From: Mobula hypostoma
Lineage: Eukaryota
Direction of reading: 5' to 3'
NCBI RefSeq assembly: GCF_963921235.1
Contig: NC_086097.1
Span: 8,618,001-8,682,000 of the forward strand
Length of the DNA stretch: 64,000 nucleotides
Below, one piece after another: positions 59,530-64,000 of this stretch. Position 1 is the stretch's first letter, and the number at the start of each line of letters is the position of its first letter. Made by a program: the position numbers and the translations under genes. The notes under the pieces were generated by a model. The model was not told the origin of the DNA. It did no database searches and saw nothing but the letters and a program-made list of their open reading frames with translations.

Positions 59530-61478
59530 CGAATCAGAATCAGCTTTATTATCATCAGCATGTGTCGTGAAATTTGTTAACTTAGCAGCAGCAGTTCAAT
59601 AAATACATAGTATAGAAGAAGAAGGAAATAAAAATAAAATAATAAGAATAAATAAATAAGTAAATCAATTACGGTATATGTATATTGAATAGATTAAAAA
59701 ACGTACAAAAACAGAAATAATATATTCTAAAAAATGAGGTAGTGTTCATGGGTTCAATGTCCATTTAGGAATCGGATGGCAGGGGGGAAGAAGCTGTTCC
59801 TGAATCACTGAGTGTGTGCCTTCAGGCTTCTGTACCTCCTACTTGATGGTAACAGTGAGAAAAGGGCATGATCTGGGTGCTGGAGTTCCTTAATAATGGA
59901 CACTGCCTTTCTGAGACACCGCTCCTTGAGGATGTCCTGGGTACTTTGCAGGCTAGTATGCAAAAGATGGAGCTGACTAAATTTACGGCCCTCTGCAGCT
60001 TCTTTCGGTCCTGCGCTGTGACACCCCCGCACCCCCCCCCCCCTCACCGCCATAGCAGACAGTGATGCAGCCTGTCAGAATGCTCTCCATGGTACATCTA
60101 TAGAAGTTTTTGAGTGTATTTGTTGACATACCAAATCTCTTCAAGCCTCTAATGAATTATAGCCGCTGTCTTTGGTGGCAAAAATAGGAAAACAGATTAT
60201 TATCTGAATGGTGGCCGATTAGGAAAAGGGGAGGTGCAACGAGACCTGGGTGTCATTATACACCAGTCATTGAAAGTGGGCATGCAGGTACAGCAGGCGG
60301 TGAAAAAGGCGAACGGTATGCTGGCATTTATAGCGAGAGGATTCGAGTACAGGAGCAGGGAGGTACTACTGCAGTTGTACAAGGCCTTGGTGAGACCACA
60401 CCTGGAGTATTGTGTGCAGTTTTGGTCCCCTAATCTGAGGAAAGACATCTTTGCCATAGAGGGAGTACAAAGAAGGTTCACCAGATTGATTCCTGGGATG
60501 GCAGGTCTTTCATATGAAGAAAGACTGGATGAACTGGGCTTGTACTCGTTGGAATTTAGAAGATTGAGGGGGGATCTGATTGAAACGTATAAGATCCTAA
60601 AGGGATTGGACAGGCTAGATGCAGGAAGATTGTTCCCGATGTTGGGGAGGTCTAGAACGAGGGGTCACAGTTTGAGGATAGAGGGGAAGCCTTTTAGGAC
60701 CGAGGTTAGGAAAAACTTCTTCACACAGAGAGTGGTGAATCTGTGGAATTCTCTGCCACAGCAAACTGTTGAGGCCAGTTCATTAGCTATGTTTAAAAGG
60801 AAGTTAGATATGGCCCTTGTGGCTACAGGGGTCAGGGGGTATGGAGGGAAGGCTGGGTTCTGAGTTGGATGATCAGCCATGATCATAATAAATGGCGGTG
60901 CAGGCTCGAAGGGCCGAATGGCCTACTCCTGCACCTATTTTCTATGTTTCTATGTTTCTATGTCTTGCCTTCTTTGTAACTGCATCGATATGCTGGGACC
61001 AGGTTAGATCCTCAAAGATCTTGACACCCAGGAACTTGAAACTGCTCACTCTCTCCACTTCTGATCCCTCTATGAGGATTGGTATGAGATCCTTCATCTT
61101 ACCCTTCCTGAAGTCCACAGTCAGCTCTTTTGTTGAGTGCCAGGTTGTTGCTGCAACACCACTCCACTAGTTGGCATATCTCACTCCTGTATGCCCTCTC
61201 ATCTCCATCTGAGATTCCACCAACAATGGTTGTATCGTCAGCAAATTTGTAGATGGTACTTGAGCTATTCCTAGCCACACAGTCATGTGTATACAGAGAG
61301 AGTAGAGCAGTGGGATAAGCACACACCCCTGAGGTGCACCAGTGTTGATTGTCAGTGAGGAGAAGATATTATCACCAATCCGCACAGATCGTGGTCTTCA
61401 GGTTAGGAGGTCCAATTGTAGGGGGAGGTACAGATGTTCAGGTTCTGGTACTTATCAGTCAGGATTGTGGGAATGATT
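59530..61478 (-). mobile_element. 5'-truncated Rex1/Babar LINE split by a CR1
   Basis: SLTINTGAPQGCVL, YTHDCVA..YKFADDTTIVG, HPDHALFSLLPSSRRYRSLK; (attctg)n tail near 59532. Confidence 0.9.
60173..60960 (+). mobile_element. Young 5'-truncated CR1 with an uninterrupted ORF2 C-terminus
   Basis: ORF 60234..60863 (209 aa, RDLGV..RPHLEYCVQFW..RRLRGDLIE); (tttctatg)n tail; TSD tgtctt at 60167-72 and 60961-66. Confidence 0.93.
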
Positions 61479-61624
61479 AGAGCTTTCCATTTGATATTTG
61501 TGCTAACTGCTGACTGTCTAGATGAAAATGCATTTATACTTTGGGCGTAATGATTGATCCTTGGAATTGGACCGAGGCCACAGAATCTATGGAAGTTAAG
61601 TAGTTAAGCATTGGAGTAGATTGG

Positions 61625-61925
61625 GAAGTGCAGTGGCGTAATGGTTAGCACAATGCTTTACAGTACAGGTAACCCAGGTTCAATTTCCGCCACTGCTTGT
61701 CAGGAGTTTGTACTTTCTCTCTGTGACTACAGGGATTTCCTCTACATGCTCTGGTTTCCACCTACAGACCAAAGACATACCAGTTGGTAGCTTAATTGGT
61801 CATTGTAAATTGTCCTGTGATTAAGGTAGGATTAAATTTGGGGATTGCTGGGCAGCATGGCTCCAAGGACGAGAAGGACCTATTCAGTGCTGTATCTCAA
61901 TCAATCAATAATTGAATAAATAAAT
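61625..61925 (+). mobile_element. HE1-type tRNA SINE
   Basis: A box TGGCGTAATGG, B box GGTTCAATTTCC, taattggtcattgtaaattgtcc core, CR1-like tail. Confidence 0.8.
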
Positions 61926-62137
61926 ACATAGATAGATTGATTGATAAATTAATGAATGGATGATTGGCTGTATAAGACAACAGCCTTGACACCAAGGGAG
62001 TCAATGAGCTGATGTGAGTATAAGAGCACTAATCATATTAACTGTGGAGCATACTGATTGTTGTTACTGGGTCACTATGAACTAAACTTCAGAACCATCT
62101 ATTTTCATCTCCCTGGCAATCACTTTGTTGACTAGTG

Positions 62138-62437
62138 TAGCACAGTAGCGTAGTGTTTATTGTGACACTACTACAGCTTGGGGAGTTCTGGAGTTCAGAG
62201 TTCAGTTTCAGCACTGTCTGTAAGGAGACTTTGTCTGTCCTCCCTGTGTAACGTATGGATTTTCCATGGGTCCTCTCATTTTCTCTCTCAGTCTGAAGAT
62301 GTATCGGATAGGTTAAATGGTCATTATAAATTGTCCTGTGACGAGGTTAGGGTTAACCAGGGTTGTGTGGTTGCTGGGTAGCCTGGAAGGGCTGGAATTG
62401 CCTACTCCACGCTCTATCACTTAAAAAAAATAAATAA
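62138..62437 (+). mobile_element. HE1-type tRNA SINE (degenerate)
   Basis: Homologous to 61625-61925. Confidence 0.7.
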
Positions 62438-63471
62438 CTGGACTGACAAGTCCTGCTGGGTGTGTGCATTTGTTAGTCTAACAATAAAGAAAATGCTTTT
62501 GGGTGGTCTCTCTAGTGAACACTCCCATCCAGATGTGGTTTTTGCTGGAGAAATAATATCCCCTCTGTGGAATCCACAGGGGCCTCAAATGAAGAGAGCA
62601 TACTACCTTTCTTGACCCACTAAAAATACCAAGGATGAAATGATTATAACCAAAAGATTTTTAGCTCCCAGAGCTATGCGGTCACATCCACCTTTCTATA
62701 AGGCAATTGAGGTTTTGAGGAGTTAGATGATGAGGATAGATCTGGGAGGTTACAGATAATTTTTAATAACAATTTTGACAAGTTTGTATAGTATTGTGGG
62801 ATAGTTTTAATATTCTGTTTAATGATTTATATATTTTAGATTCCCAGGATTTATAGGGATTTTATTTTGAGTAAAAAATGATCAGAATCAGGTTTAACAT
62901 CCCTGACATATGACATTATTTGCTCATTTATTGCCATTTGTGTGACTTGTTCTGTTTTTTTTACATTTTGAGTGTTTGATGTTCTCTTTGGAAGGGTTCC
63001 ATAATGTTTCTTTGTTTCATGCCTGTCTGTGAAAAGATGGCCCTCAGGGCTATATACTGCATACTGTGTACACACTTTGATAATGAGAGTACTGTGACTG
63101 TGATATGTTATGAAGTTTATTGTTGTTGCATTACAGTACATTACGTAAAAAAAACCTTAAATTACCATATAAAGTACATATCAAAAAGAAAATAAATAAG
63201 AACTGCCAATAGAGAGGAAAAATAGTGAGTTAGTATTCATTGTATTCAGGTACCTCTTCACTGATGGTTACAATAAAAATAAGGCATATCCTGGGAGATG
63301 GGGGTTCTTAACGATGTTGTCTCTCTTGAGACACGACCTTCTGAGGATGTTCCAAATGCTGGGGAGGCAAAAGTTCATGATGGAACTGGCTGTGTTTGCA
63401 ACCCACTACAACTTTTTCGGATCCTCTGCAATGGTCCCTTCATACCAGGCAGTATTGCAACCATTTACAAT

Positions 63472-64000
63472 GCTCCTGTATATTATTGAAACCCAATGTA
63501 GGTTGGGAGACCACTTTGCTGGGCACCTACGCTCCAATGCCAGAAAAAGTGAGATTTCCCAGCGGCCACCCATTTTAATTCCACTTCCCATTCCTATTCC
63601 GATACGTCTATCTATGGCGCCTTTACTGACGTGATGAGGCCATACTCAGGTTGGAGAAACAACACCTTATATTCCGTCTGGGTAGTCTCCAACCTGATGG
63701 CATGGACATCAATTTCTCAAATTTCCTATTACGGTCCCCACCCTCCTTCACCATTCCCCATCCCCTTTTCCCTCTGTCACCTTATCACCTTCCTCTTTTC
63801 TCCCCTCTTTTCTCTCTTCCACGATCTTCTGTCCTCTCCTATTAGATTCCCCTTCTCAGTCCTGTACTTCTTTCAGCAATCAACTTCCCAGCTCTTTACT
63901 TCACCCCTCCGCCTCCTGGTTTCACCTTTCACCTTGTGTTTCTCTCTTTTCTCCCTCACCTTTTAAATCTACTCCTCATCTTTTTTCTTTCCAGTCCTGC
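63472..64000 (+). mobile_element. Degenerate Penelope-like 3' fragment, cut by the window end at the expected start of the hammerhead
   Basis: LYIIETQCRLGDHFAGHLRS; EKQHLIFRLGSLQPDGMDINFSNF; pyrimidine-rich pLTR ending ccagtcctg. Confidence 0.85.

Noticed and set aside
61625..61700. tRNA genes at A/B-box sites
   Set aside because: They are SINE heads continuing into SINE bodies, with no full cloverleaf.
1..64000. CRISPR arrays, operons, retrons or other prokaryotic systems
   Set aside because: No regularly spaced repeat-spacer array or dense gene structure; every RT fragment belongs to a eukaryotic retroelement clade.

Overview
This window is eukaryotic and almost entirely transposable-element debris; I found no host gene, tRNA, rRNA or CRISPR array that the sequence supports. 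The mix of CR1/HER1-type LINEs, HE1-type tRNA SINEs, Rex1/Babar, RTE, Penelope, Tc1 and Gypsy suggests a cartilaginous fish, probably a ray (inference), and the region looks like a gene desert or a very large intron. Nearly all predicted ORFs are broken TE fragments or antisense shadows. Many insertions are nested with readable target-site duplications (TSDs). The most notable signal is a young Penelope-like family carrying a 38-nt minimal hammerhead ribozyme: four identical copies plus one variant, with a loopless helix III that could fold only as a dimer. It occurs in a GIY-YIG-coding copy and in short, tail-out inverted insertions with 14-16 bp TSDs. Also present: a solo LTR, a piggyBac-type MITE, a Tigger4-like element, a Chapaev3 remnant, HERO and R4/Rex6 remnants, bipartite RTE-derived elements and a ~0.9 kb G/A tract. 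Family names come from recalled motifs, not database searches. Boundaries without a stated TSD are approximate.
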